This document shows, piece by piece, positions 29,045-38,230 of a stretch of 64,000 nucleotides of DNA. Origin of the DNA: a bacterium (GTDB lineage: Bacteria > UBA8248 > JACPRG01 > G963555815). A model generated the notes under the pieces. The model made no database searches and was not told where the DNA came from. It saw only the letters and a list, made by a program, of their open reading frames with translations. Position numbers and translations under genes: made by a program. The first letter of the stretch is position 1, and the number at the start of each line of letters is the position of its first letter. Location of the stretch: contig CBDFMI010000006.1 of the NCBI GenBank assembly GCA_965249615.1, positions 444,132-508,131 on the forward strand, given 5' to 3'.

Positions 29045-29566
29045 TTACTTAATCTCTCGCTTGGCCAGCACGATGGCCCCGATCATGGCCGCCAGGAGGA
29101 GGAGGGAGGCCACCTCAAAGGGGAAGAGGAACTGGGTGTAGAGAACGCCCCCGAAGGCCTCGGTGTTGCCTATCTCCGCGGCGGCCTTCGCCCCCTCTGC
29201 GACAACCCCCGCCGGGGGCAGCAATTCGAAGAATCCCCCCAACAGGATGACCAGGAACTCGGCGGCCAGGAGCCCACCGATGATGAAAGCGAAGGCCCGC
29301 TGGCGGTTCCACTGACGGACCCCCATCTGTTCGCGCACATTAACGAGCATAATGACGAAGACGTAGAGCATCATGATGGCCCCGGCGTAGATGAGGATCT
29401 GGATGGCAGCGAGAAACTCCGCGCCCAGCATGACGTAAAGGGCAGCCACGAAGAAGAAGCTGAGGAGGAGAGCGAGGGCGCTGTGGACCACGTTTCTCAG
29501 GCTGATGACCATCACGGAGGCGGCGATCATCCCGACCGCGAAGATGAGAAAGAATGGCCATTCCAT
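29045..29566 (-). CDS. nuoJ: NADH-quinone oxidoreductase subunit J
   Basis: 173 aa, 5 TM, conserved position between H and K. Confidence 0.8.
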   Translation of the reverse strand: MEWPFFLIFAVGMIAASVMVISLRNVVHSALALLLSFFFVAALYVMLGAEFLAAIQILIYAGAIMMLYVFVIMLVNVREQMGVRQWNRQRAFAFIIGGLLAAEFLVILLGGFFELLPPAGVVAEGAKAAAEIGNTEAFGGVLYTQFLFPFEVASLLLLAAMIGAIVLAKREIK

Positions 29567-29579
29567 CTTGGAATCCCCT

Positions 29580-30662
29580 TTAAACGAGCTGCAGGACGAT
29601 ACCGGTGATAAAAATGTTCAAGAGAGCCAGCGGGAACATCATCTTCCACCCCAGCGCCATGAGCCGGTCATAGCGAAAGCGCGGCAGGGTCCCCCTGATC
29701 CAGATGAACATGAACATCCCGAACAGCACCTTGAGGAAGAACCAGAGAGGTCCTGAGATGAGGACGGCCTTCGTCACCCCCCCGATGTTCTGGACCAGGG
29801 AGGCCAACCCCACAGAGGCGGCGCCGACGGCCGATGCCACCAGGAAGGTGACCAGGTCCACGCCGCCCGAGATGATGGTTTCCAGGAACTGGGGGATTTG
29901 CCAGCCCCCGAAGAAGAGGATCGCCCCGATGGAGCAGATCACCATCATGTTGGCGTACTCAGCCAGGAAGAAGAAGGCGAACTTCATGCCGCTGTACTCG
30001 GTGTGGAAGCCCCCCACCAGCTCTGTCTCGGCCTCGGGGAGGTCGAAGGGGAGGCGGTTGGTCTCGGCGAGCCCGGCGACGAAGTAGAGGACGAAAGCCA
30101 GGGGCTGATAGAAGATGAACCAGACGTTCTTCTGGGCCTCGACGATCTCAAGGAGGTTCAGGGACCCGGCCACCATGAGAGGGCCGATTAGGGCGAACCC
30201 CAAAAAAATCTCGTAGCTGATGAGTTGGGCCGCGCTCCGGAACCCCCCCAGCAGGGAATACTTGCTCCCCGAGGCCCAGCCCGCCATGACGATGCCGAAG
30301 ACACCGAGGGAGGAGATCCCGAGGATGTAGAGGATCCCGATGTTGATGTTGGCGATGAAGAAGTTCCCCGAGATGGGGATGACCGAGTAGACGATGAAGG
30401 CGGGGATGAGGGCGAAGAGCGGGGCCATCAGGAAGACCGGTCGATCCGCCTGGTGCGGGATGATGTCTTCCTTGAGGAAGAGTTTTAGACCGTCGGCGAT
30501 GGGCTGAAGGAGGCCGTGGTAGCCGACCCGCATGGGCCCCATGCGCACCTGAATGTGCCCGATGACCTTCCGCTCGAAGTAGACCATGTAGGCCACCAGG
30601 AACGAGACCGCCCCCCAGATAATCAGGATCTTGATGAGGGCGAAACCAACCTCAAGCCACAT
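29580..30662 (-). CDS. nuoH: NADH-quinone oxidoreductase subunit H
   Basis: 360 aa; [17 protein letters not shown] and the FDLPEAE...E motif typical of NuoH/ND1. Confidence 0.85.
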   Translation of the reverse strand: MWLEVGFALIKILIIWGAVSFLVAYMVYFERKVIGHIQVRMGPMRVGYHGLLQPIADGLKLFLKEDIIPHQADRPVFLMAPLFALIPAFIVYSVIPISGNFFIANINIGILYILGISSLGVFGIVMAGWASGSKYSLLGGFRSAAQLISYEIFLGFALIGPLMVAGSLNLLEIVEAQKNVWFIFYQPLAFVLYFVAGLAETNRLPFDLPEAETELVGGFHTEYSGMKFAFFFLAEYANMMVICSIGAILFFGGWQIPQFLETIISGGVDLVTFLVASAVGAASVGLASLVQNIGGVTKAVLISGPLWFFLKVLFGMFMFIWIRGTLPRFRYDRLMALGWKMMFPLALLNIFITGIVLQLV

Positions 30663-30701
30663 CTGTGTGCACCTTGCCTCCGCTAGGGGGGGTCGCTGAC
30701 C

Positions 30702-31826
30702 TCAGCGATCCACTTCCCCGAGCACAATATCGATGCTTCCGATGGCGGCGACGGCGTCCGAGATGAGGCCGCCCTGCATCATGGTGGAGATCGACTGCAG
30801 ATTCACGAAAGAGGGGGGACGGATCCTCAGCCGGTAAGCCCGGTCGGTCCCGTCACTGACTAGATAGTAGCCCAGCTCCCCCTTGGGACTCTCGATCCGG
30901 TGGTAGACTTCCCCCTTTTTTGGCTTCAACACCCGGGGAACCTTGGCCATGGTCTTTCCGGAGGGGAGGTCGGCGGCGGCCTGCTCGATGATGAAGGCGC
31001 TCTGGCGCATCTCCTCCACACGGACGAGGTAACGGTCATAGACATCGCCATTCTTTCCCACCGGGACGGTGAAGTCAAAATCCTCGTAGGCGGCGTAGGG
31101 CTCTGCACGCCGCACGTCATGGGCCACGCCGGAGGCCCTCAGGATGGGCCCACTGGCCCCGAGGTCAATGGCGTCCTCGGCGGAGAGAACGGCCACTCCG
31201 CGGGTCCTGGACTGCCAGATACGGTTCTCGGTGAGGAGGTCTTCATAATCGTAGATGGCCTTGGGGAACTCGCGGGCGAACTCCAAACACTTGTCGTAAA
31301 AAAGTTTGGGGGGGTCGTGGTAGACGCCTCCGACGCGGAAGGCATGAACCGTGAGCCTCGCCCCAAAGGCGGTCTCGAAAAGATCCAGGACCTTCTCTCG
31401 GTCCCGGAAACAATAGAGGAAGGCCGTCATGGCCCCGATGTCCAGGGCGTGGGTGGCGAGCCAGAGGAGATGACTCGCGATCCGGGTGAGTTCGGCTGTG
31501 ATGACGCGGATGTACTGGGCCCGGGCCGGAACCTCCATCTGAGCAAGCTTTTCCACCGTCTCCACATATCCCAGGTTGTTGGCTGGGGAGGCCACATAAT
31601 CCGTTCGGTCTGTGTAGGGAACGAACTGGGCGTAGGTGATGTTCTCGCCGATCTTCTCGACGCCCCGGTGGAGATAACCGATGTCCACGTCAACCCCTTG
31701 CACAATCTCCCCCTTCAGCCGAAGGATGACGCGAAGGACCCCGTGGGTGCTGGGGTGCTGGGGCCCCATGTTGAGGATGAGCTCTTCCGTCTGGGGGACG
31801 ATGGTCTCTGGGGTGACCTGGGTCAT
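30702..31826 (-). CDS. nuoD: NADH-quinone oxidoreductase subunit D (49 kDa)
   Basis: NMGPQHPSTHGVLRVILRLKGEIV...YLHRGVEKIGE is canonical NuoD. Confidence 0.85.
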   Translation of the reverse strand: MTQVTPETIVPQTEELILNMGPQHPSTHGVLRVILRLKGEIVQGVDVDIGYLHRGVEKIGENITYAQFVPYTDRTDYVASPANNLGYVETVEKLAQMEVPARAQYIRVITAELTRIASHLLWLATHALDIGAMTAFLYCFRDREKVLDLFETAFGARLTVHAFRVGGVYHDPPKLFYDKCLEFAREFPKAIYDYEDLLTENRIWQSRTRGVAVLSAEDAIDLGASGPILRASGVAHDVRRAEPYAAYEDFDFTVPVGKNGDVYDRYLVRVEEMRQSAFIIEQAAADLPSGKTMAKVPRVLKPKKGEVYHRIESPKGELGYYLVSDGTDRAYRLRIRPPSFVNLQSISTMMQGGLISDAVAAIGSIDIVLGEVDR

Positions 31827-31830
31827 AGTC

Positions 31831-32622
31831 TCACTCTCGATGGGCCATGGGCCGGGCGGCGGGCGGGATATGGCTTTCTACCCATTGGAGCCCGAACCCA
31901 TCCCCGCGAACGGGATACTCCTTTCGGAGGGGATGGCCCTCCCAGTCGTCCGGGAGGAGGATCCGTCTGAGGTCGGGGTGGCCCTCGAAATCAATCCCCA
32001 CCATGTCGTAGGCCTCTCGTTCGAGCCAGTTGGCCGTCCGCCAGATGTCAGACACGGTCGGGGCCGTCTCCGCCTCCCCAAGGCGGACCTTCAGCCGAAG
32101 GCGCCCCCTTCGCTCCAAGCCATAGAGGTGATAGACCACCTCGAAGGGGCGATCCCGGTCCGGGTAGTGGACACCGCAGAGGTCCGACAGGAAATTGAAA
32201 TGGTGTTGGTCTTTGAGGTGAAGACAAAGTGGGTGGATCTGGTCCCGCCGGACGACGACGGTGAGTTCGTCCTCTTTTCCCATGAAGGCGGAGACCTCTT
32301 CCACCCCTTCCCCTGAAAAGGCGCGAATGGCCTTCACCAGGGGGAGTTCCTCGAGATTTTCGCCGGGCTTTTTGTCCGCTTTGACCGGTGGCGGGGCCTT
32401 TTTTTGTTCCGAGGCCGGGGGTTTCTCAGCCGGAGGCGCTTTGGGCTCTTCGGATTCAGCCGTTGGAGGGGAAGCTTCGGGAGCGGCTGACTCTTCCCCC
32501 TCGGGCTTTTTGTCCGCCTTGACCGGCGGTGAGGCCTCTTTTTGTTCCGAGGCCGGGGGTTTCTCAGCCGAGGACGCTTCGGGCTCCTCGGGCTCAGCGG
32601 GGGCGGAGTTCTCTTCGGTCAC
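31831..32622 (-). CDS. nuoC: NADH-quinone oxidoreductase subunit C (30 kDa) with ~95-aa N-terminal Ala/Pro/Glu/Lys-rich tandem-repeat extension; GTG start
   Basis: C-terminal 170 aa are canonical NuoC ([31 protein letters not shown]...[24 protein letters not shown]). The N-terminus has two copies of [10 protein letters not shown](E/K)[10 protein letters not shown]. Confidence 0.8.
   Translation of the reverse strand: MTEENSAPAEPEEPEASSAEKPPASEQKEASPPVKADKKPEGEESAAPEASPPTAESEEPKAPPAEKPPASEQKKAPPPVKADKKPGENLEELPLVKAIRAFSGEGVEEVSAFMGKEDELTVVVRRDQIHPLCLHLKDQHHFNFLSDLCGVHYPDRDRPFEVVYHLYGLERRGRLRLKVRLGEAETAPTVSDIWRTANWLEREAYDMVGIDFEGHPDLRRILLPDDWEGHPLRKEYPVRGDGFGLQWVESHIPPAARPMAHRE
32340..32620. 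repeat. ~140-bp imperfect tandem duplication inside the 5' end of nuoC, encoding the repeated Ala/Pro/Glu/Lys-rich peptide
   Basis: The DNA run ...GGGCTTTTTGTCCGC(T/C)TTGACCGG(T/C)GG(C/T)G(G/A)GGCCT(T)TTTTTGTTCCGAGGCCGGGGGTTTCTCAGCCG... occurs twice in direct succession. Confidence 0.6.
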
Positions 32623-32742
32623 CTCGTCTCTCCTCTAGACGACGACCCATCTAACCTGTGCAAAAATTCACAAAAGGCGGCCAAAAAAAAGCTTCCCGTT
32701 GTTCCTTTGGCCTCCCTGACTCACGGTCATCGTTTCCCTGGG

Positions 32743-33219
32743 CTACTTTCGAAGAAACTTTTCCTGCTGGATCTTCTCCTGCAGCTTCAGAATTCCCCAC
32801 ATCAAGGCCTCCGGGCGGGGAGGGCAGCCCGTGAGATAGATGTCGACGGGGACCACTTGGTCCACGCCCTGGAGGGTGGAGTAGGTGTTGAAAGGTCCTC
32901 CTGCCGTCGAGCAGCTCCCCATGGAGACCACCCATCGGGGTTCTGCCATCTGGTCATAGATCTTGCGCAAAACCGGGGCCATCTTGTAGGTGACGGTCCC
33001 GGCCACGATCATCACGTCCGACTGACGCGGGCTCGCCCTGAAGATGACCCCAAAGCGGTCGAGGTCATATCGGGAGGCGCCTGTGGCCATCATCTCAATC
33101 GCGCAGCAGGCCAGGCCGAACTGCATGGGCCAAAGGGCTGATTTTCGGGCCCAATTGACCAGGTAATCGAGGGTTGTCGTGAAGATGTTCTCCTCGAAGC
33201 GGTGTTCCACTACACCCAT
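32743..33219 (-). CDS. nuoB: NADH-quinone oxidoreductase subunit B (20 kDa, N2 cluster)
   Basis: [11 protein letters not shown]...[12 protein letters not shown]...LTGCPPRPE are the four Cys motifs of NuoB. Confidence 0.85.
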   Translation of the reverse strand: MGVVEHRFEENIFTTTLDYLVNWARKSALWPMQFGLACCAIEMMATGASRYDLDRFGVIFRASPRQSDVMIVAGTVTYKMAPVLRKIYDQMAEPRWVVSMGSCSTAGGPFNTYSTLQGVDQVVPVDIYLTGCPPRPEALMWGILKLQEKIQQEKFLRK

Positions 33220-33602
33220 TTAAGGGCCCCTTTGCGCCAGGCGTAGAAGTAACCGACGAGGAGGATGAGAATGAAGAGCATCATCTCGACGAGGCCAAAT
33301 AGGCCGAGCCGGCCGTAGACCACCGCCCAGGGAAACAGGAAGACCGCCTCCACGTCAAAAAGGAGGAAGAGGATGGCGACGATGTAAAACCGGATGGAAA
33401 ATTGTTCCCCCGCCCGCGTGAGGGGCGGGATCCCGCACTCATAGGGGGAGAGTTTCTCGGTGTCTGGCCGGTTGGGTCGGATGAGATAGGCCAGGAGGAG
33501 GGTCCCGATTCCGAAGGCCGCCACCACCAGGATGAAAATGAAGATTGGGACATAGGGATGGATGACAGTGTAGTCACTGAAAAACCGGTTAACCAGTTCC
33601 AC
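33210..33602 (-). CDS. nuoA: NADH-quinone oxidoreductase subunit A
   Basis: 130 aa, 3 [13 protein letters not shown] motif of NuoA; first gene of the operon. Confidence 0.8.
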   Translation of the reverse strand: MELVNRFFSDYTVIHPYVPIFIFILVVAAFGIGTLLLAYLIRPNRPDTEKLSPYECGIPPLTRAGEQFSIRFYIVAILFLLFDVEAVFLFPWAVVYGRLGLFGLVEMMLFILILLVGYFYAWRKGALKWV

Positions 33603-33714
33603 GCCGGGCCCCCTCGAAACCCCACATCCCTACTTAGTAATTATACTTTATTAGTCCCCGGAAGCGAAGACGCAACGGGAAAAAAGGTCTCCTGATCGGT
33701 CCTTGGATTTTTCT

Positions 33715-34032
33715 TCACGGCTTGAAGAAGACCTCGGTCAGACAGGGGTCGATCTCTGGTTTCAATTCCAGATAACGCTCACTTCGCTGGAGCTGGTTGA
33801 AGAGGGCCGTCTTTCCGGCTACGCCCAGTTCTGACCAGTTGACGCAAGCCTTGGCCTCCTTAACGAGGAGGTCCAGGCGCTTCGCCCGCTCTTTCTCATC
33901 TTCCTCATCGCCCGTCTCGGCCAGGGCCCGAAGGCGCTGGATGCACCCGGAGAGGGTGTCTTCCCGGGAAGGTAGAGACTCGAAGATATAGAGATAGCCC
34001 TCTATCCGCTGACGCAGGGCCTGCGCGTCCAT
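33715..34032 (-). CDS. Hypothetical protein (about 105 aa from internal Met; the ORF is open up to 34236)
   Basis: ORF only; acidic/coiled-coil-like; no recognisable family. Confidence 0.3.
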   Translation of the reverse strand: MDAQALRQRIEGYLYIFESLPSREDTLSGCIQRLRALAETGDEEDEKERAKRLDLLVKEAKACVNWSELGVAGKTALFNQLQRSERYLELKPEIDPCLTEVFFKP

Positions 34033-34267
34033 GGCCCCCCACTTCTTCTTCTCGCTCACCAGGCAACTCCGCCGTCTTAGGGCTTTCCGCGGGCGAGGAC
34101 CGTGGTCCCCACCATCGCGGCGAACCGGATAAGGAAACGACCTCAAAAGGGCGAAAGAAGATCTCTGAAGATAAAGCGCCTTGAGCGATCCTGGTTCCTT
34201 TCCTTGATTTATAGAGCTTCGCAGGCGAAAATGCACCCTCTTTTGCTTTCACGAAAGAGGTTTCGGC

Positions 34268-34867
34268 ATGGCCTGGAAGTTTCCAGCGGAGGAGATGCAT
34301 CTCCTCATCCGTCCCACCCGCCTTCGAACCACCCCTCCTTTTAAAACCCTCCGGCGGATGGGCCTTCGCCGCGGGATGGTCGCCGTGGACCTCGGGTGTG
34401 GACCCGGCTATTTCGCCATTCCCGCTGCCAAGATCGTGGGAGAGAAGGGGCGGGTCTTCGCCTGCGACACCTCGCGGGCGATGTTGCGGGTGGCAAGGGA
34501 GCGGGCCGCTCAGGCCGGCGTCTCGAACCTTGTCCTAAAGCCGTCGACGGAATACGTCTCTTCCTTTGCCAAAGGGGCGGCCGACTTCTGCCTGCTCAGT
34601 TATGTCCTTCACGAGGTCGATGACCCCCCTCGCCTCCTTCGGGAGGCGAGGCGTCTCCTTCGCCCGGGAGGGATCTTCGCCATCATCGACTGGAAGAAGC
34701 GGCCGACCGAAACCGGACCTCCCCTCGAGGACCGGATCTCCACCGCTCGCATGGGGGCGATGCTCCGCAGGCTTGGGTTTAGCGTGGGGGGCCGGTGGAG
34801 CCCCAAGGCAGAAAACTATGTCCTCGTCGGCACCTTGTCGCCGGGGCCCACGAAAGGCTCGAAATAG
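34268..34867 (+). CDS. Class I SAM-dependent methyltransferase (type 11-like)
   Basis: VAVDLGCGPGYF (motif I) ... LLRPGGIFAIIDW (post-II/III region). Confidence 0.7.
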   Translation: MAWKFPAEEMHLLIRPTRLRTTPPFKTLRRMGLRRGMVAVDLGCGPGYFAIPAAKIVGEKGRVFACDTSRAMLRVARERAAQAGVSNLVLKPSTEYVSSFAKGAADFCLLSYVLHEVDDPPRLLREARRLLRPGGIFAIIDWKKRPTETGPPLEDRISTARMGAMLRRLGFSVGGRWSPKAENYVLVGTLSPGPTKGSK

Positions 34868-34953
34868 AAATTCACTGGGCCTGGGGGATTACGAAGAGCC
34901 AGGGGGTTTCCAGGACATTTTCTTTAAATCAGAAAGCGGGAGGGGAGCTCATC

Positions 34954-35610
34954 ATGAATCAGGCCCTCGATGTCACCTGCTATGTCTGCTACGTCTGACC
35001 CTTTGCCTATCGGGCCACGGAGTGGCTCGAACGTCTAAGGGAGAGTCGGCCCCTTCGGGTCGTCTATAAGCCCTTCATCCTGGAGCAGGTGAACTTCCAG
35101 GAGAAGCGGGGTCCGGAATGGAAGATCTGGGAGGACGACTTTTTCCCCAGCCGGGACCTTCCGCCCCTCGAGGCGGCCAGGTGCGCTGCCCTCCAGGGGG
35201 AGGAGGCTTTTGGGCGATTCCATCTCCTCCTCTTTCGAGCGAGACATCAGAAGAATTTTGACATCACGAACCAGCTCATCCTCCTCGACGTGGCCAAGGA
35301 GGCGGGGCTCGATGGAGAGCGCTTCGCCAGTGATCTCAAGAGCCGAAGCCAGTTGGAGGGGGTCGCCCGAGGGCACATGGAGGCCGTCGAGAAGCATGGG
35401 GTCTTCGGCGTCCCGACACTCATCTTCAACGGCGGGAGGCCCCTCTTCGTGAAGCTGGGGGAGGGGAAGTGGGAGGGGAAGGAAGACCAAAAACTCCTGG
35501 AACAACTTCTCAAGCTCTCGGTGGATCAGCCCTATGTCCTAGAGGTGAAACAGCCGAAATCGGCCGTCCTCGCCGAGGAGGCTGAGAAGAAATATCAGGC
35601 CTATCCCTAA
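34954..35610 (+). CDS. DsbA/FrnE-like thioredoxin-fold oxidoreductase with an in-frame TGA (34996-34998) at the active-site position; candidate selenoprotein (CxxU), alternatively a pseudogene
   Basis: ATG 34954 is preceded by GGGAGGGGAG. It gives MNQALDVTCYVCYV-TGA-PFAYRATEWLERLRES... in one frame, continuing into the annotated 35089 ORF. This aligns to the FrnE/DsbA-like IDV..D.VCP(W/F)CY...LE motif with the TGA in place of the first Cys. A stem-loop lies at 35010-35030. Confidence 0.55.
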
Positions 35611-35751
35611 GAAGGTTCTGAAGAAGTCTCAGGGGGTCGCCTGAGAATCCACGCCGTCGCTTGCCCGTCTGAGGCAGGCTGGCTATATTGGGTTTCGTTT
35701 AGAGAGGAGATGGAAGTTCTCTTCGTTTTCGCGCGGTAGGGCGGGTCAATT

Positions 35752-35853
35752 ATGGACTTGGATTTTCTCTTCGTCGTCGGCGGGATTATCATCCTGGCGG
35801 GGATGGCCTTTATTGTCCTCCTCGGCATCCTTTGGGTATTTCGCCGGGGATAA
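35752..35853 (+). CDS. Small hydrophobic peptide (33 aa, single TM): MDLDFLFVVGGIIILAGMAFIVLLGILWVFRRG
   Basis: ORF below the track length cutoff; preceded at 35710 by a 9-codon ORF MEVLFVFAR with a similar start. Speculative. Confidence 0.25.
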   Translation: MDLDFLFVVGGIIILAGMAFIVLLGILWVFRRG

Positions 35854-35887
35854 CCCTCACTTTTCCCATCCCACAGAAAAATCCCGC

Positions 35888-35930
35888 AGAAAAAACTTGA
35901 CGAGGCAAAATAGGTGTATATACTCATTTA
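35888..35930 (+). promoter_or_regulatory. Sigma70-like promoter, copy B: AAAAACTTGACGAGGCAAAATAGGTGTATATACTCATT
   Basis: Near-identical to the element at 19203-19240; about 55 nt upstream of the SDR gene. Confidence 0.55.
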
Positions 35931-35982
35931 GATAACACTGGAGACACACGAGCACCTAAACCGATGAGGAGGGGTCGTTGAA

Positions 35983-36711
35983 ATGAGACTAGAGGGGGAA
36001 AGCGTATTGGTCACCGGCGCCAATCGCGGCATAGGCGCAGCACTCGTTAACGCCTTGCTTGGCAAAGGTGTGCGAAAAGTCTATGCCGCCGCAAGGAATC
36101 CCGACAGCCTGCCGGATTTTGGAGATAGCCGTGTTGTACCTATAGCTATCGATATCACTAACACCGAGCAGGTCAAACAAGCGGCCAAGACTGCGGCCGA
36201 TGTCGAGTTACTCATCAACAACGCAGGCGTCGCCGCCTTCACGAGCCTGCTGGATGGTCCCATCGACCTGATAAAGCGAGACATGGACACCAACTACTAC
36301 GGCACTCTGGATATGGTTCGACGCTTTGTGCCCGTGTTGGAAACCAAGACCGATGCGGCAATTGTAAATGTGGTAACCATTGGCGCCTTTGTGAATTTCC
36401 CGATGTTGGGAGGCTATTGCACGTCTAAGTCGGCACTGTTCTCACTTTCCCAGGGAATCCGAATCGAACTCGCGGCTAAGAGCATTGCGATCCACACCGT
36501 TAATCCCGGGCCAATCGACACTGACATGGCCAAGGATTTTCAGGCAGAGAAAACCAGTCCGGAGGTGACCGCAGAGAACACTCTGACAGCGCTGGAAAGC
36601 GGTGAGGTCGATATTTTCCCTGACGCCGGTAGCCAGGGGATGATTAAGGTATGGAAAAGCGACTATCGTGCCCTCGAGCAAATGGTAGCCGAAATGCATA
36701 ACGCGACTTAG
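35983..36711 (+). CDS. SDR family oxidoreductase (short-chain dehydrogenase/reductase)
   Basis: VLVTGANRGIGAAL (TGxxxGxG), NNAG, and YCTSK (YxxxK catalytic); visibly lower G+C than neighbours. Confidence 0.8.
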   Translation: MRLEGESVLVTGANRGIGAALVNALLGKGVRKVYAAARNPDSLPDFGDSRVVPIAIDITNTEQVKQAAKTAADVELLINNAGVAAFTSLLDGPIDLIKRDMDTNYYGTLDMVRRFVPVLETKTDAAIVNVVTIGAFVNFPMLGGYCTSKSALFSLSQGIRIELAAKSIAIHTVNPGPIDTDMAKDFQAEKTSPEVTAENTLTALESGEVDIFPDAGSQGMIKVWKSDYRALEQMVAEMHNAT

Positions 36712-36790
36712 AAGGGAAAGGAATCGACCAGCAAAAAGGGCACCTATGGGAGACTGTTCGCTGAACGTTCTCCCATCTCCCATTGGCTCT

Positions 36791-36835
36791 GCTTTTTCAG
36801 AAAGAAAGTCCCGAGGAGCCTCGGGACTTTGAGAT
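36791..36835. terminator. Bidirectional rho-independent terminator between the convergent SDR (+) and aminotransferase (-) genes
   Basis: 11-bp stem AAAGTCCCGAG/CTCGGGACTTT with a 4-nt loop, T-run upstream (GCTTTTTC) and TTTGAG downstream. Confidence 0.55.
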
Positions 36836-36855
36836 GCAGAAGGGCCGGAAGCCTT

Positions 36856-38040
36856 TTAGCTTCCCGCCTTCGCCAGGGCCGCCGTCACCTTCCCCATCCG
36901 CTCGACCCCCTTTTCGAGATCTTCCATGGACTGGGCGTAGCAGAGGCGGATATACCCCTGCCCGTGGGGCCCAAAACCGTCTCCGGGGACTGAGGCCACC
37001 TTCCCCTTCTCCAGGAGGTGTTTGGCAAAAGTCATCGAGTCCATCCCTGTCCCTTCGATGTTGGGGAAGAGATAGAAGGCGCCCCCGGGGGTGGGGCATT
37101 TGATGCCGGGGAGCTCGTTCAGGTTCTTCGCCATGTAGTCTCGCCGAAGCAGGTAGCTTTTCACCATTTCCTGGACGGCGGATTCCGACCCGTCGTAGGC
37201 GGCAACGCAGGCCTTCTGGGCGGCCGCAGTGGGGTGGCAGTTCGCGTAGAGCTGAAGCTTTGGTATGGGGGCGATGATCTCGGCTGGACCTGCGGCAAAT
37301 CCTATCCGCCAGCCGGTCATCGCGTAGGTCTTCGAGACCGTGTTCACCGTGATGGTCCGCTCGGCCATCCCAGGGAAGGTGGCGAGGGAATGATGGACGT
37401 GAGGGTCGTAGACAATCCGCTCGTAGACCTCATCAGAGATGACGAGAAGATCCCGTTTCTTTGCCAGCTGACAGATGGCCTCCATGCCCTCTCGGTCCAG
37501 GATGGCCCCGGTCGGGTTGCTCGGCGAATTTATCAGGAGGACCTTCGTCTTCGGGGTGATGAGGGGCTCAATCAGGTGGGCCCTGGCCCGAAAGCCCTCC
37601 TTCTCCAGGAGGGGATACAAGACGGGGGTGGCCCCCGTCAGCTGGACGATGGATGCGTAAGGGGGCCAGCCGGGGTCAGGAAGAAGGACTTCTTCTCCCG
37701 GGTTGACCGTGCCCTGGATGGTGAGAAAGAGGGCGGCCGTCGCCCCTGTCGTGACGACCACCTGGGTGGCCGGGTCCACCGTCATCCCATTTTCGCGGGC
37801 GAGCTTTCGGGCGATGGCCTCCCGAAGCTCCAAGATACCGGCAGAGGAGGTGTAGTGGGTATATCCATCGTCCAGGGCGTCCTTGGCCGCTTGAATGATA
37901 TTGGCGGGGGTGTCGAAGTCCGGCTCTCCGATCTCCAGCCGGACGACATCCTCCATCTTTGCGACGATCTCGAAGATCTCGCGGATCTCAGAGAGGCGGA
38001 GACCCCGAGCCCGCTCTGAAATAAAAGACTTCATGCCCAT
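36856..38040 (-). CDS. Pyridoxal-phosphate-dependent aminotransferase, class I/II (aspartate aminotransferase-like)
   Basis: 394 aa. EIGEPDFDTP...NSPSNPTG...SKTYAMTGWRIGF (PLP-lysine region) are canonical. Confidence 0.8.
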   Translation of the reverse strand: MGMKSFISERARGLRLSEIREIFEIVAKMEDVVRLEIGEPDFDTPANIIQAAKDALDDGYTHYTSSAGILELREAIARKLARENGMTVDPATQVVVTTGATAALFLTIQGTVNPGEEVLLPDPGWPPYASIVQLTGATPVLYPLLEKEGFRARAHLIEPLITPKTKVLLINSPSNPTGAILDREGMEAICQLAKKRDLLVISDEVYERIVYDPHVHHSLATFPGMAERTITVNTVSKTYAMTGWRIGFAAGPAEIIAPIPKLQLYANCHPTAAAQKACVAAYDGSESAVQEMVKSYLLRRDYMAKNLNELPGIKCPTPGGAFYLFPNIEGTGMDSMTFAKHLLEKGKVASVPGDGFGPHGQGYIRLCYAQSMEDLEKGVERMGKVTAALAKAGS

Positions 38041-38230
38041 CTCCCCATCTCCAGAGGGAAAGCGAACGCCTTTTTGGTTGAAACCTCTTGATTCTAATGG
38101 GTTAGGCCCTGGAATGGCAAGACATATCGGAGCCCCCGAGGGTTAGAGCCTGTCAGGGGAAGAAGGAATGATTGACGATGATATGGGTGGGCAGAAGACC
38201 TTTGGCCAGTTCACCGCAGTTCAAACCGGT

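Noticed and set aside
34996-34998. Interpreting the DsbA-like TGA as an alternative genetic code (TGA=Trp/Gly)
   Set aside because: TGA is used as the normal terminator of many well-supported genes in the window. Position-specific recoding (Sec) or a lesion are the only consistent readings.
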